Below are positions 38,020-47,553 of a stretch of 64,000 nucleotides of DNA, in pieces. The notes beneath the pieces are model-generated. The model did no database searches. It worked only from the letters and a program-made list of their open reading frames with translations, and was not told where the DNA came from. The DNA lies in contig MHHX01000019.1 in assembly GCA_001817215.1 (NCBI GenBank), positions 16,302-80,301 of the forward strand, read 5' to 3'. Made by a program: the position numbers and the translations under genes. Origin of the DNA: Candidatus Brennerbacteria bacterium RIFOXYC1_FULL_41_11. Its GTDB lineage: Bacteria; Patescibacteriota; Minisyncoccia; UBA6257; Brennerbacteraceae. Each line of letters starts with the position of its first letter. Within the stretch, counting starts at the first letter, position 1.

Positions 38020-38361
38020 ATGCAAAAAGCAGTTGTGAAAATTAAAGGTCATCAGTACCTAGTCTTTGAAGGACAGAAGATTAAAGTTCAGAAAATGAAA
38101 GCCGAGCCAGGCGACAAGCTGGAGTTAAAAGATATTTTCTTAGTATTTTCAGATTCCGCCGAAGGCGGATCCGTCTCTGGCGCAAAAGAGTTCAAACTGG
38201 GCAAACCAGTTGCTGAGAAATCTTCTGTCGAAGCTAAAGTTTTGCGTCAAGCGAGGAGCCGGAAGCTGACGGTTTTCAAATACGGTCCGAAAACCAGGAG
38301 AAGGGTCAAGCGGGGATTTAGAGCAGAATATACGGAAATTGAAATCACGAGCATAAAATAA
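38020..38361 (+). CDS. rplU: Ribosomal protein L21 with a short internal insertion
   Basis: MQKAVVKIKGHQYLVFEGQKIKVQK... L21 N-terminus; ATG at 38020 checked. SDSAEGGSVSGA segment overlies the GC hairpin CCGCC-GAA-GGCGG. Confidence 0.8.
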   Translation: MQKAVVKIKGHQYLVFEGQKIKVQKMKAEPGDKLELKDIFLVFSDSAEGGSVSGAKEFKLGKPVAEKSSVEAKVLRQARSRKLTVFKYGPKTRRRVKRGFRAEYTEIEITSIK

Positions 38362-38433
38362 GCTCGTGACTTCAATTTATGATTTAGTTGTTTGAGTCCT
38401 GTTCGAAATTTGTTATTTGGAGTCGGCAAAGCT

Positions 38434-39042
38434 CTATCTTCTCGAAGATAAAGCATTGCCAAGCGTGTCTTCATCAGCAAACTCGACTTCGGCGCCTCTT
38501 GGCAGACCTAAGCCGAGGCGGGTGAGTTTTAGGCTTTTAAATTGGTTAAAGATTTTTTCCAGCTCCATAACAGTCAGGTCGCCTTCAGCGGTGTGGCTCA
38601 AGGCGAGGATAATTTCTTTGAGATTTTTGTCATTTTTAATTCTTTCCAAGAGTTCTTTTAATCTGATTTCGTGGCCGTTTCTGATGGTGGGTGAAAAAAG
38701 ACCGCCCAAAACAAAATAAAGACCGTTGAATCTCTTTGTTTTTTCCAGGGTGATTAAATCGGTTTCTTTTTCCACGATAGCCAAGATTAATCGGTCTCTT
38801 TTTTCGTCGCGGCAAATTGGGCAGGTCGAGAAAATATCCTTGCCCGAGTTTGTCGAGGGATCAAAGACAAAAAAACATTTCTGACAGACCCTTACTTTTT
38901 CAGCCAAATCTTTTAATGCTTGTGAATAAGCTAAACTGTTTTTTTTTAAAAACCAAAAAGCTATTCGGTGCGCTTGACGCAAACCGATGCCCGGTACTTT
39001 TGAAAATAACTCAATAAAATTTTCTAGTGACTTTGGCAACAT
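38434..39042 (-). CDS. recR: Recombination protein RecR
   Basis: HhH N-terminus (LIELFSKVPGIGLRQAHRIAF), C4 zinc finger (CQKC...CPIC), Toprim domain. Confidence 0.9.
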   Translation of the reverse strand: MLPKSLENFIELFSKVPGIGLRQAHRIAFWFLKKNSLAYSQALKDLAEKVRVCQKCFFVFDPSTNSGKDIFSTCPICRDEKRDRLILAIVEKETDLITLEKTKRFNGLYFVLGGLFSPTIRNGHEIRLKELLERIKNDKNLKEIILALSHTAEGDLTVMELEKIFNQFKSLKLTRLGLGLPRGAEVEFADEDTLGNALSSRR

Positions 39043-39073
39043 TCGGCCCTTTTATTTATTTTAATTTCTTTTT

Positions 39074-40483
39074 TTAAAATTCTTCACTGTCGCTAGTGCC
39101 CATTTCCAGTCCTTCTTCTTTGGTTAGCTCACGGAAACTAGCGAACTGTTCGGAAAAATGGAAAGTGACCTTACCGACCGGACCATTTCTGTGTTTGGCG
39201 ATAATTAAATCGGCAATATTATGCTTGTTTGTTTCTTCTTTGACTTTATCTTCTCGGTAAATAAACATCACAACATCTGCATCCTGTTCAATTGAACCAG
39301 AGTCTCTGAGGTCTGACAAGCGAGGGATTTGATGCGGTCGTTGTTCAACGGCTCGCGAAAGCTGGGAGATGGCTAAAATCGGAATGTTTAACTCTCTGGC
39401 CAAAGCTTTTAAGCCTCTTGAGATCTCTGTCATTTGTTGAACAAGGTTGTCTGATTTACCGGTTGAGTTGATTAACTGGAGGTAGTCAACAATCAACAGT
39501 CCCAGATTAACCTCAGCCTGCAGTCTTCTGGCCATGGCGCGGATTTGAATAACTGTCGGTGTGGCGACATCAACAATATAAATTGGCGCTTCGTCAAGTT
39601 TTGCCATGGCTTCTTGCAAAAGTTCAAAATCATTGGGTTCGCCTTTTTCCGAGAGATTGCCGGTTCTGATTTTCCAAAGGTCAACATTGGCTTCTGCGGC
39701 AACCAATCTGTCGATAATCTGATCACGTGACATCTCGATCGAGAAGATGCCGACTGGCACTTTCTCGGATAGAGCAGCATTTCTGGCAATATCCAGGGCG
39801 AAAGAGCTTTTTCCGATTGAAGGCCTGGCCGCCAGGATTACGAGATCTGATCTCTGCAGGCCCGAAAGAACATTGTCTAAAGATTTGAAGCCGGTAGTGA
39901 TGCCGCGAAGTTTGCCGCGGTGATGGTGGAGCTCTTCGATTCTTTCAAAAGCCTTCTTAAGGTCTTCGGTGATATGCTGGAAGCCTTTGCCAGAAGTTCT
40001 CTGTGAGATTTTGAATATTTCTTGTTCGGCGCTGTCGAGAATATCTTCAACATCTCTTTTTTCCTCTTGCGCCAATTCAGAAATATTATAAGAAGCGCCA
40101 ATCAAGTCTCGCAGAACTCTTTTTTTGTTGACAATCTTTGAGTAGTGGTCAATATGGCTTGATGTCGGAACGAGATTGACAAGTTCGGAAAGGTAGCTCA
40201 CGCCGCCGATTTCTTCAAGTTCCTTTTTTTCTTTGAGCCGGCTTGAAACAGTCAGGATATCAATCGGTTCGCTTCTTGAAAAAAGTTCGATCATCACGGA
40301 ATAGATTTTTTGATGGTTGGGTCGGTAAAAATCTTCCGGCAGCAGAACATCAGCCACTTTTGCCAATGAGTTTCTGTCAATCATGATCGCGCCAAGCACT
40401 GATTGTTCGGCTTCGATATCTTGTGGCGGTAGTTTGCCCGCCAGATCGTTAAGGTTTTTTATTTCGTTTTTTCTTTTTGGCAT
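39074..40483 (-). CDS. dnaB: Replicative DNA helicase DnaB
   Basis: N-terminal DnaB domain (PPQDIEAEQSVLGAIM), Walker A ARPSIGKSS, 469 aa. Confidence 0.9.
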   Translation of the reverse strand: MPKRKNEIKNLNDLAGKLPPQDIEAEQSVLGAIMIDRNSLAKVADVLLPEDFYRPNHQKIYSVMIELFSRSEPIDILTVSSRLKEKKELEEIGGVSYLSELVNLVPTSSHIDHYSKIVNKKRVLRDLIGASYNISELAQEEKRDVEDILDSAEQEIFKISQRTSGKGFQHITEDLKKAFERIEELHHHRGKLRGITTGFKSLDNVLSGLQRSDLVILAARPSIGKSSFALDIARNAALSEKVPVGIFSIEMSRDQIIDRLVAAEANVDLWKIRTGNLSEKGEPNDFELLQEAMAKLDEAPIYIVDVATPTVIQIRAMARRLQAEVNLGLLIVDYLQLINSTGKSDNLVQQMTEISRGLKALARELNIPILAISQLSRAVEQRPHQIPRLSDLRDSGSIEQDADVVMFIYREDKVKEETNKHNIADLIIAKHRNGPVGKVTFHFSEQFASFRELTKEEGLEMGTSDSEEF

Positions 40484-40607
40484 TGTTTTAACTCGGGCGT
40501 TTGTGATCTTGACCCCGACTATTAATGTCGGGCATGATTACTTTATTTTCAATCAAAAGCAGGGGTTTCGCAATCGAAACTGGGGGTTAGTTGTGAATAA
40601 TTCAGAA

Positions 40608-42056
40608 CTATTTCTTGTATATCCTGATACCGTCGGGTGTATCTTGAAGCTCAAATCCAAGGTTTTCAACCTGTTTTCTGAGATCATCTGATTTTTTGAA
40701 GTCTTTGTTCTTTCTGGCTTGTTCTCTTTTTGCAATCAAAGATTTTATATTCTCAGGGGTGTCAGACAATGTTTGCCTGGCATTTGTTTCATTAAGTTTT
40801 AGTCCGAGAACCTTATCGAATTCAAACAAAAGCTGAAGTTTTTCTTGAGGCATGGCTTCTGATTTTAAAGTTTCCCAAGCTGTAGCCAGCGCTTGCGGAA
40901 TACTGAAGTCATCAGCCAAAGCGTTTTCAAATTTTTGTTTTAATGCCAAAGCCGCTTCGGATCTTTCTGCTTGCTGCTCTTTAGTAAAAAGCATTAAAGT
41001 GGCTATTTTGTTTTTCATTTCTTCAAGGCTCGCTTGAGCATTTTTCAAGGCCTCCCAAGTGAAGTTTTGTTTTGAACGATAATGTGCGGTCAAGAAGAAG
41101 TAACGTAAGGTTAGCGGATCAAAACCGTGCTCCATGATTTCTTGCAAAGAATAACCAGTGCCTTCTGATTTCGCCATTTTTTTGTCATTGACCAAAAGAT
41201 GCTCGTTGTGCAGCCAGTAGTTGACGAACTTTTTATTATTTGCAGATTCTGATTGAGCAATTTCATTGGTGTGGTGAATTGGAATATGTTCAACTCCGCC
41301 CATGTGGGCGTCGAGTGCGTCGCCAAGTAATGTTTTTGACATGACTGAACATTCAATGTGCCAACCCGGGAAGCCCCGACCTTTTTTAACTAGTTTTGAT
41401 TTGAAAGGCGAAGGCCAAGATTGCAGGGAGTTTTTGTGAACGCCAGCCTTGAAAAACCATAAAGCAAAATCAAGAGGTGATTTTTTTTGGGCATCTGAAA
41501 CATCGCCTTTGCCTGCGTCTTTTTGCATTTTTTCGAGGTTCTGGCCAGAGAGTTTTGTGTAATCTGGGAATTTTTTAACGTCAAAATAAACAGCCAGGTC
41601 AGTTTCATAGGCGAATCCTTTTTCAATCAAGGTCTGTGTCATCTCAACCATCTGTGGAATATATTCAGTCGCCCTTGGTTTGTGAGTGGGTTCAAGAAGA
41701 TTAATCGCTTTTGTATCCTCTTCAAATTGATCAATGTATTTTTGAGCAATGATATCCGGAGATAATTTTTGCGCTCTGGCACTTTTTTCCATTCTGTCTT
41801 CTCCGGAATCAGCATCGCCGATATTATCACCGGTGAGGTGTCCGACATCTGTGTAGTTCCTTACGTGTAGAGTCTCGTAATTAAGATATTTGAAAGTTCG
41901 TACAACTAAGTCTCCCATAGTCATGCCACGCAGATTGCCAATGTGCTGAGCCCAGTAAACTGTCGGTCCGCAGTGGTAAAAACGCAGCTTATTCGCCTCA
42001 ATTGGTATAAACTCTTCAAGTTTTCTTGAAAGAGTGTTGTAGATCTTTAATTTCAT
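40608..42056 (-). CDS. cysS: Cysteinyl-tRNA synthetase
   Basis: HIGN (HIGH-class), KMAKSEG (KMSKS), C..H zinc ligands. Confidence 0.9.
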   Translation of the reverse strand: MKLKIYNTLSRKLEEFIPIEANKLRFYHCGPTVYWAQHIGNLRGMTMGDLVVRTFKYLNYETLHVRNYTDVGHLTGDNIGDADSGEDRMEKSARAQKLSPDIIAQKYIDQFEEDTKAINLLEPTHKPRATEYIPQMVEMTQTLIEKGFAYETDLAVYFDVKKFPDYTKLSGQNLEKMQKDAGKGDVSDAQKKSPLDFALWFFKAGVHKNSLQSWPSPFKSKLVKKGRGFPGWHIECSVMSKTLLGDALDAHMGGVEHIPIHHTNEIAQSESANNKKFVNYWLHNEHLLVNDKKMAKSEGTGYSLQEIMEHGFDPLTLRYFFLTAHYRSKQNFTWEALKNAQASLEEMKNKIATLMLFTKEQQAERSEAALALKQKFENALADDFSIPQALATAWETLKSEAMPQEKLQLLFEFDKVLGLKLNETNARQTLSDTPENIKSLIAKREQARKNKDFKKSDDLRKQVENLGFELQDTPDGIRIYKK

Positions 42057-42154
42057 TGCGTCATTTTATTTATGTTGGATGTTTTCCAACCTATGAGTTA
42101 TTGGAAAACACGATTCGCATACGGCAAAGCAAGAAAATATTTTGATGCGATTGC

Positions 42155-43066
42155 TTAAAGCAGTTTTTTTCGTTTCAAAAACCAGTAGAGTAAAACGCAA
42201 CAGACGAGCGTGATGGATAAAATGATCCACCAATCGCCGGGTTTGCCAATGATCGGCGTGAACTGGGTGTTAATCTGGAAAAGGGTGCCGACAACCGTGA
42301 AAGGAGCCAAGAAAAAGGCTAGCCAAGAGATGATTTTTGTTACCTCATCAAACTTGGACGAGAGGATAGAACTATTGGTCGATTCTAAACTATCAAGGGT
42401 GTCTTTTTGGTTTTGAGAGAGATCAACCGTGTCATCGTGGGCTTCGAGAATATGTTTGAAATGATTGGTTTTGTCGTTTTTAAAAATCTTTTTTTGTTCT
42501 TCGAGCATTTCTCTTAAAACTCCATGGAGAGGCTGAATGATTCTTCGGAAATCAAGAACATCTCTTTTGGTTTGGGAGATTTGTTTGATCATCTCTTTTT
42601 CTCTGCCCTTAAAAATATTTTCAGTAATCTGAGTTATTTTTTTATCAATATGGGTTAGCTCTCTTTGGGCGTAGGTGAAGATGTTTTCAAAAAGAAGATC
42701 CAGAAACTCGGCCGCGGTCTTGCCAAAGAATTTCGATCGATACCCTTCGAGAGTATCTGCCTGTTTGAATATTTCCTCGATCGGTTCGTTGGCAGCATAT
42801 CTGATGGTCGCGACAACATCTTCTTTGATCAATAAATCTATTTCTTGTGGAGTTGATGTTTTTTTATGCTGGCTGTAAGCTGGGAAGCGAGTGACCGCAA
42901 AGAGAAAGTCATCGTATTGATCAAGTTTTTGTCTGGGTATTTGTTTTTTGAGCTCGTCTTGCAGATCTTGCGGTAAATTGAAGTATTCGTTAAGGGTCTG
43001 AATATCTTCATCTTTTGGCTGGAAAATATCTAGCCACGTGATTTTGTCTTTGATTGTGCGTATCAT
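42155..43066 (-). CDS. CorA-like divalent cation transporter with a divergent pore motif
   Basis: Cytoplasmic N-domain plus two C-terminal TM helices. No YGMN signature is visible (region reads VVGTLFQINTQF). Terminal KRKKLL. Confidence 0.5.
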   Translation of the reverse strand: MIRTIKDKITWLDIFQPKDEDIQTLNEYFNLPQDLQDELKKQIPRQKLDQYDDFLFAVTRFPAYSQHKKTSTPQEIDLLIKEDVVATIRYAANEPIEEIFKQADTLEGYRSKFFGKTAAEFLDLLFENIFTYAQRELTHIDKKITQITENIFKGREKEMIKQISQTKRDVLDFRRIIQPLHGVLREMLEEQKKIFKNDKTNHFKHILEAHDDTVDLSQNQKDTLDSLESTNSSILSSKFDEVTKIISWLAFFLAPFTVVGTLFQINTQFTPIIGKPGDWWIILSITLVCCVLLYWFLKRKKLL

Positions 43067-43271
43067 CTGTTTTTAAGGTTAATATATTATTTTAGCACAA
43101 CCTCGTTGCGCTGGGTCCGGACCAAGTCGTTAGCAGTCTTGACATCAGATTGCTAATTTGTATAATAGATGTTATGAACTCTTCGATTGCGTTCAGAGCG
43201 GGATGGTTAATTTACCATATTTAATGGTAAGAATGAAATTAAACTAATGCTTATATTGAGCTTGCCGAAAT

Positions 43272-43928
43272 ATGAATGACCGCCAGAGACAGATTCTTTC
43301 AATTTTGATTGATGATTATGTTGAGGAAAATAAGCCGATCTCTTCTGGATTTTTGGTTTCACGGCATCATCTTGAGTTTAGTCCGGCCACGGTCAGAAAT
43401 GAACTGGCGGAGTTGCTGGAAAACGGTTATCTGAAAAAGATCTATTTTTCTTCCGGTAATGTCCCGACTAATAAGGCTTACCGTTTGAAAGTTGAGGAAG
43501 TATTAGTTTCGGAACCTCAGGATTCTCGTCAATCTCAATCGGAGAATTTTTCTTCTCTTGAGGGTGCCGTTAGCTTTTTGGCGAAAAGATTTGGTGCTTT
43601 GACTTGTGGAGTGGATGAGGATCTTAATCTTTTCATTGATGGTATTGACGAGCTTTTCGGTCAGCCTGATTTCAATACCCGGGATCAGTATCTAATTCTG
43701 GGCAGACTGGTTGAATGTTTGCAGGAAATGAAAAAACAGATTTCGCATCAAAGTGAAAACAGTATCTTTGTCGGTCGGGAAAATCCTTTTTGGGACGAGT
43801 CAGATGACTTGTCTTGGTTAGTTGGTTCTTCGAAGAATAACTACGTGAATATTGTTTCGATCGGTCCGACAAGGATGCCGTATAAGAAAAATTGGCAGAT
43901 TTTTAAAGAAGTATTAGAAAATTTTTAA
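43272..43928 (+). CDS. hrcA: Heat-inducible repressor HrcA (short form, 218 aa)
   Basis: MNDRQRQILSILIDDYVEENKPISSGFL...SPATVRNELAELLENGYL winged-helix N-terminus typical of HrcA; followed by grpE-dnaK. Confidence 0.7.
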   Translation: MNDRQRQILSILIDDYVEENKPISSGFLVSRHHLEFSPATVRNELAELLENGYLKKIYFSSGNVPTNKAYRLKVEEVLVSEPQDSRQSQSENFSSLEGAVSFLAKRFGALTCGVDEDLNLFIDGIDELFGQPDFNTRDQYLILGRLVECLQEMKKQISHQSENSIFVGRENPFWDESDDLSWLVGSSKNNYVNIVSIGPTRMPYKKNWQIFKEVLENF

Positions 43929-43937
43929 TTAGATTTT

Positions 43938-44432
43938 ATGAGCGATAAAGACGAAAATAAAAAAGAAGAAACAAAGGAAATAGAATTAGAGAAGCTTGTC
44001 GAAGAGCGAAATGATTATCTTGCCGGCTGGCAAAGATCACGAGCCGATTTTCTCAACTATAAAAAAGAAGAAACCGAAAGGCTGGCGCGAACAATTCAGT
44101 TTGCTAACGAAGACATGATTAAAGACTTGATCTTTGTTATGGATAGTTTTAGTTTGGTTGAGAATGGCTTGAATCTGTCGACCGAGGGGAAAGATCAACT
44201 AAAGCCGTTTTTGATGGTTAAAGCCCAGTTGGAAAATACTTTGAAGACCAGGGGTTTGGAAAAAGTTAAAATCTCTGTCGGAGACGAGTTTAGTCCCGAA
44301 GTTCATGAGGCGATCGAGATGATTGATGATTCTCGTGCGAGCGACAGCCATAAAGTTATTGAAGTCATCGCTGACGGCTATTATTTGAACGGGAAATTGA
44401 TCAGGCCGGCAAAGGTAAGGGTTAGCAAATGA
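43938..44432 (+). CDS. grpE: Nucleotide exchange factor GrpE
   Basis: 164 aa GrpE-like; position between hrcA and dnaK. Confidence 0.85.
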   Translation: MSDKDENKKEETKEIELEKLVEERNDYLAGWQRSRADFLNYKKEETERLARTIQFANEDMIKDLIFVMDSFSLVENGLNLSTEGKDQLKPFLMVKAQLENTLKTRGLEKVKISVGDEFSPEVHEAIEMIDDSRASDSHKVIEVIADGYYLNGKLIRPAKVRVSK

Positions 44433-44485
44433 CCTCGACGAATAAATTAAAATGCGAAATTAACAAATATTTATTATAAAAAATC

Positions 44486-46333
44486 ATGAAAATACTTGGA
44501 ATAGATCTTGGAACAACAAATTCAGCTATGGCGATCATTGACGGTGGTCAGCCAAGGGTTTTGGAAAATAAGGAGGGAGCAAGGACAACTCCTTCAGTCG
44601 TGGCGGTTTCTAAGACCGGAGAGAGATTAACCGGCATTACGGCCAAGCGCCAGGCCGTGGTTAATCCGCACAATACTATTTTTTCCGTCAAAAGATTGAT
44701 TGGCAGACGTTTTTCAGATCCGGTGATTGAACATGATAGAAAATTGTTATCTTATGAGATGGTTCAGTCTGGTAATGGCGGTGTCGAAGTAAAAATGGGA
44801 GATAAAACTCATAAGCCCGAAGAGATTTCGGCTATGATTTTGATGAAATTAAAGCAAGATGCTGAAGACTCTATCGGCGAGAAGATCGAGGAAGCCATTA
44901 TCACCTGTCCGGCTTATTTTGATGATTCTCAAAGAGCGGCGACGAAAGCTGCCGGTGAGATTGCCGGATTCAAAGTCAAGCGTGTTTTGCCTGAGCCGAC
45001 TGCGGCCGCTTTAGCTTATGGGTTTAATAAGAGAAAGGGCGGCAAGATTTTGGTTTATGATTTTGGCGGTGGTACTTTTGACATTTCTGTTCTCGAGATG
45101 GGCGATGACGTAATTGAGGTTAAGGGTATTGGCGGCGACACGCATCTTGGCGGCGACGATCTTGATCAGAAAATTATTCACTTCATTATCGACGAATACA
45201 AGAAGAACGAGGGCATTGATCTTTCAAAAGACAATCTGGCGTTGCAGAGATTAAAAGAGGTGGCCGAACGAGCCAAACACGAACTTTCAACTATGTTTGA
45301 GACCGAGATCAACCTTCCTTTCGTGACTTCTGACGCTAACGGTCCAAAACATTTGTTGATGAAGTTCTCACGGGTGCAGCTCGAGAAATTAGTTGGAGAT
45401 TACATTGAGCGTTCGATTGAACTTGTCGACGAAACTTTGAAAAATGCCAAGATTAAAAAAGAAGAGATTGATGAGATCGTTATGGTTGGCGGTCAGACAA
45501 GAATGCCGGCAATTCAGGAGGCAGTAAAAAAGTATTTCGGCAAGGAGCCGCATCGTGATATTAATCCCGATGAGGTTGTGGCGATCGGCGCCGCAGTCGA
45601 AGCCGGAATCTTACAGGGTGAGGTGAGGGATGTTTTGTTGCTTGACGCCACGCCATTGAGTTTTGGTATTGAAACCCTTGGTGGCGTGATGACTGTTATG
45701 ATTGCTAAAAATACGACTATTCCGACTGCTAGAACCGAGGTTTTTTCGACCGCCTCTGATAATCAGACCTCTGTCGAAGTTCATGTTATGCAGGGCGAGC
45801 GTTCGATGGCTCAAGACAACAAGAGTCTTGGCAGATTTATTTTGGATGGCATTCCGCCGGCTCCGAGGGGTATTCCTCAGGTTGAAGTTAGCTTTGATAT
45901 TGATGCCAACGGTATTTTGTCAGTCACGGCCATGGATAAAGCGACCAACAAAAAGCAATCCATCAGAATTGAGGGATCAACTAATCTTTCCAAAGAAGAC
46001 ATTGAAAGGATGAAAAAAGAAGCCGAGTTGCACCAAGCAGAAGATCAGAAGCAAAAAGCTTTATCAGAAACAAAAAATTTGGCCGAGAATTTGATTTATC
46101 AGGTTGAAAAATCAATCAAGGATTGGGGGGAAAAGATCGCGCCGGACCTGAAAACAAAGCTTGATCAAAAAGTTTCTTCCCTGAAGTCCGCAAAAGACTC
46201 TCAAGACGTTGAGAAGATAAAAACTGAAACCCAAGAGCTTTCGGCTTTATTGCAGGAAATCGGGAAAAATATGTATAGCCAGAGCGCTCAGTCGGGCGAA
46301 GAACCAAAGCCCGAAGAACCCAAACAGAGCTGA
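44486..46333 (+). CDS. dnaK: Chaperone DnaK (Hsp70)
   Basis: IGIDLGTTNS, DLGGGTFD, EKAK-type lid; 615 aa. Confidence 0.97.
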   Translation: MKILGIDLGTTNSAMAIIDGGQPRVLENKEGARTTPSVVAVSKTGERLTGITAKRQAVVNPHNTIFSVKRLIGRRFSDPVIEHDRKLLSYEMVQSGNGGVEVKMGDKTHKPEEISAMILMKLKQDAEDSIGEKIEEAIITCPAYFDDSQRAATKAAGEIAGFKVKRVLPEPTAAALAYGFNKRKGGKILVYDFGGGTFDISVLEMGDDVIEVKGIGGDTHLGGDDLDQKIIHFIIDEYKKNEGIDLSKDNLALQRLKEVAERAKHELSTMFETEINLPFVTSDANGPKHLLMKFSRVQLEKLVGDYIERSIELVDETLKNAKIKKEEIDEIVMVGGQTRMPAIQEAVKKYFGKEPHRDINPDEVVAIGAAVEAGILQGEVRDVLLLDATPLSFGIETLGGVMTVMIAKNTTIPTARTEVFSTASDNQTSVEVHVMQGERSMAQDNKSLGRFILDGIPPAPRGIPQVEVSFDIDANGILSVTAMDKATNKKQSIRIEGSTNLSKEDIERMKKEAELHQAEDQKQKALSETKNLAENLIYQVEKSIKDWGEKIAPDLKTKLDQKVSSLKSAKDSQDVEKIKTETQELSALLQEIGKNMYSQSAQSGEEPKPEEPKQS

Positions 46334-46354
46334 GTTAATTGGTCGGATATGTTT

Positions 46355-46391
46355 TTAGCACAAAACTCCTTTGTCAGGAGTTTTGTGCTAA
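46355..46391. promoter_or_regulatory. CIRCE-like inverted repeat (TTAGCAC...GTGCTAA arms); candidate HrcA operator and/or dnaK terminator
   Basis: TTAGCACAAAACTCC-tttgtca-GGAGTTTTGTGCTAA; 15-bp perfect arms; outer 7 nt match the CIRCE consensus TTAGCAC/GTGCTAA. Confidence 0.5.
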
Positions 46392-46424
46392 AATGTTTCA
46401 GGCTTAATCTTAATTTTTTGAATT

Positions 46425-47432
46425 ATGTTTAATTTTTCCTCAAAATCGAAAACCTCAGTAGTGAAAACCGTTGATCCCGTCGAAGATACTGGGACGTTTA
46501 GGAAAATTATTATACTTACCCTTAACTTGGTTTTGTTTCTGGGGCTTTCTTTCTTTCTTTATAAATTGGTTTATACTGACGGTGTCGATTCAAAAAGCGA
46601 TCAGATCTTGGCTCTTTTATTCGCTGTGTCTTGGATTTGCGTGCTTTTGATCTCTAGCTTAGTTTTGAAGTTCCCAGCATTTTTAATTCTGGTTGTTTTC
46701 GGTCTCCCAGCTGTTTTTTTCCCTTTTTTGAAAGATCTTGATTTCGGTTTAGTCAGCATTTTTATTTCTGTTGTTTTGTTTTCGATTATTTTGATGCGGC
46801 AGGTAAGCAGGACAGCGGCAGATAATTCCTTGAAGTTTAAACCGTCTTTGATTTTGAGCCCAAGCTTGCCGAAGATGCTTTTTATCCTTTCTTTGTTGGC
46901 GGCTTTAGTTTTTTGGTCTGGTAAGTTTAGCTCGGGACTCAATCTCGGAGTTTCTGATTTTAACTCTATTTTGTCGCCGGGGATGAACATCATTTATCCT
47001 GAATATAGTGAGAAAACAACTTTTGGCGAGTTGGCTGACAAAATTCTTGAAAAACAAACGTCGGGAATTTTGGGCGGGTTGATTCCGGGTGGAGTGCCAA
47101 GTAATTTGACTAAAACAATTAAACTGCAAGCTCGGGAAAGTTTTCTTTCCCAAATTTCTCAGGCGCTCGGTAAAAAAATCTTTGCCAAAGACACCATCTC
47201 CGGCGTTTTTCACTCAATTATCACTAATTATTACAAGGCTTTACCGGAAACCCTGAAGAAGGCCATTGATTTCTCAATTCTTTTTGTTCTGTTTATTTTT
47301 TGGTTTGGCGTTTTTCAGCTTTTCAGTTTTGTTTTTCATGTTATTTTTTGGCTGGTCTTGCAGGTGTTTTTGGCTTTAAAGATAGTAAGGGTTGATTTCG
47401 TGACGGTTGAGAAAGAAATCTTAACCACTTGA
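46425..47432 (+). CDS. Hypothetical polytopic membrane protein inserted between dnaK and the J-protein gene
   Basis: 335 aa with about 7-8 hydrophobic helices; no recognised motifs. Confidence 0.45.
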   Translation: MFNFSSKSKTSVVKTVDPVEDTGTFRKIIILTLNLVLFLGLSFFLYKLVYTDGVDSKSDQILALLFAVSWICVLLISSLVLKFPAFLILVVFGLPAVFFPFLKDLDFGLVSIFISVVLFSIILMRQVSRTAADNSLKFKPSLILSPSLPKMLFILSLLAALVFWSGKFSSGLNLGVSDFNSILSPGMNIIYPEYSEKTTFGELADKILEKQTSGILGGLIPGGVPSNLTKTIKLQARESFLSQISQALGKKIFAKDTISGVFHSIITNYYKALPETLKKAIDFSILFVLFIFWFGVFQLFSFVFHVIFWLVLQVFLALKIVRVDFVTVEKEILTT

Positions 47433-47553
47433 GTTATGAATTCCGTTAGAAATTCAGTCATAGATAAGTGCATAATTTTTGTTATGAAGGGGAATCCGAC
47501 GGTCGTCTTTGTGATTGCGAGTAAAGAATTAACTTTATCAAATTTCTAACGAG

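Noticed and set aside
43090-43135. CIRCE operator upstream of hrcA
   Set aside because: The TTAGCAC and TTAGCAG elements are in direct, not inverted, orientation and lack the 9-nt spacer; not a CIRCE. The only CIRCE-like inverted repeat is downstream of dnaK (reported separately).
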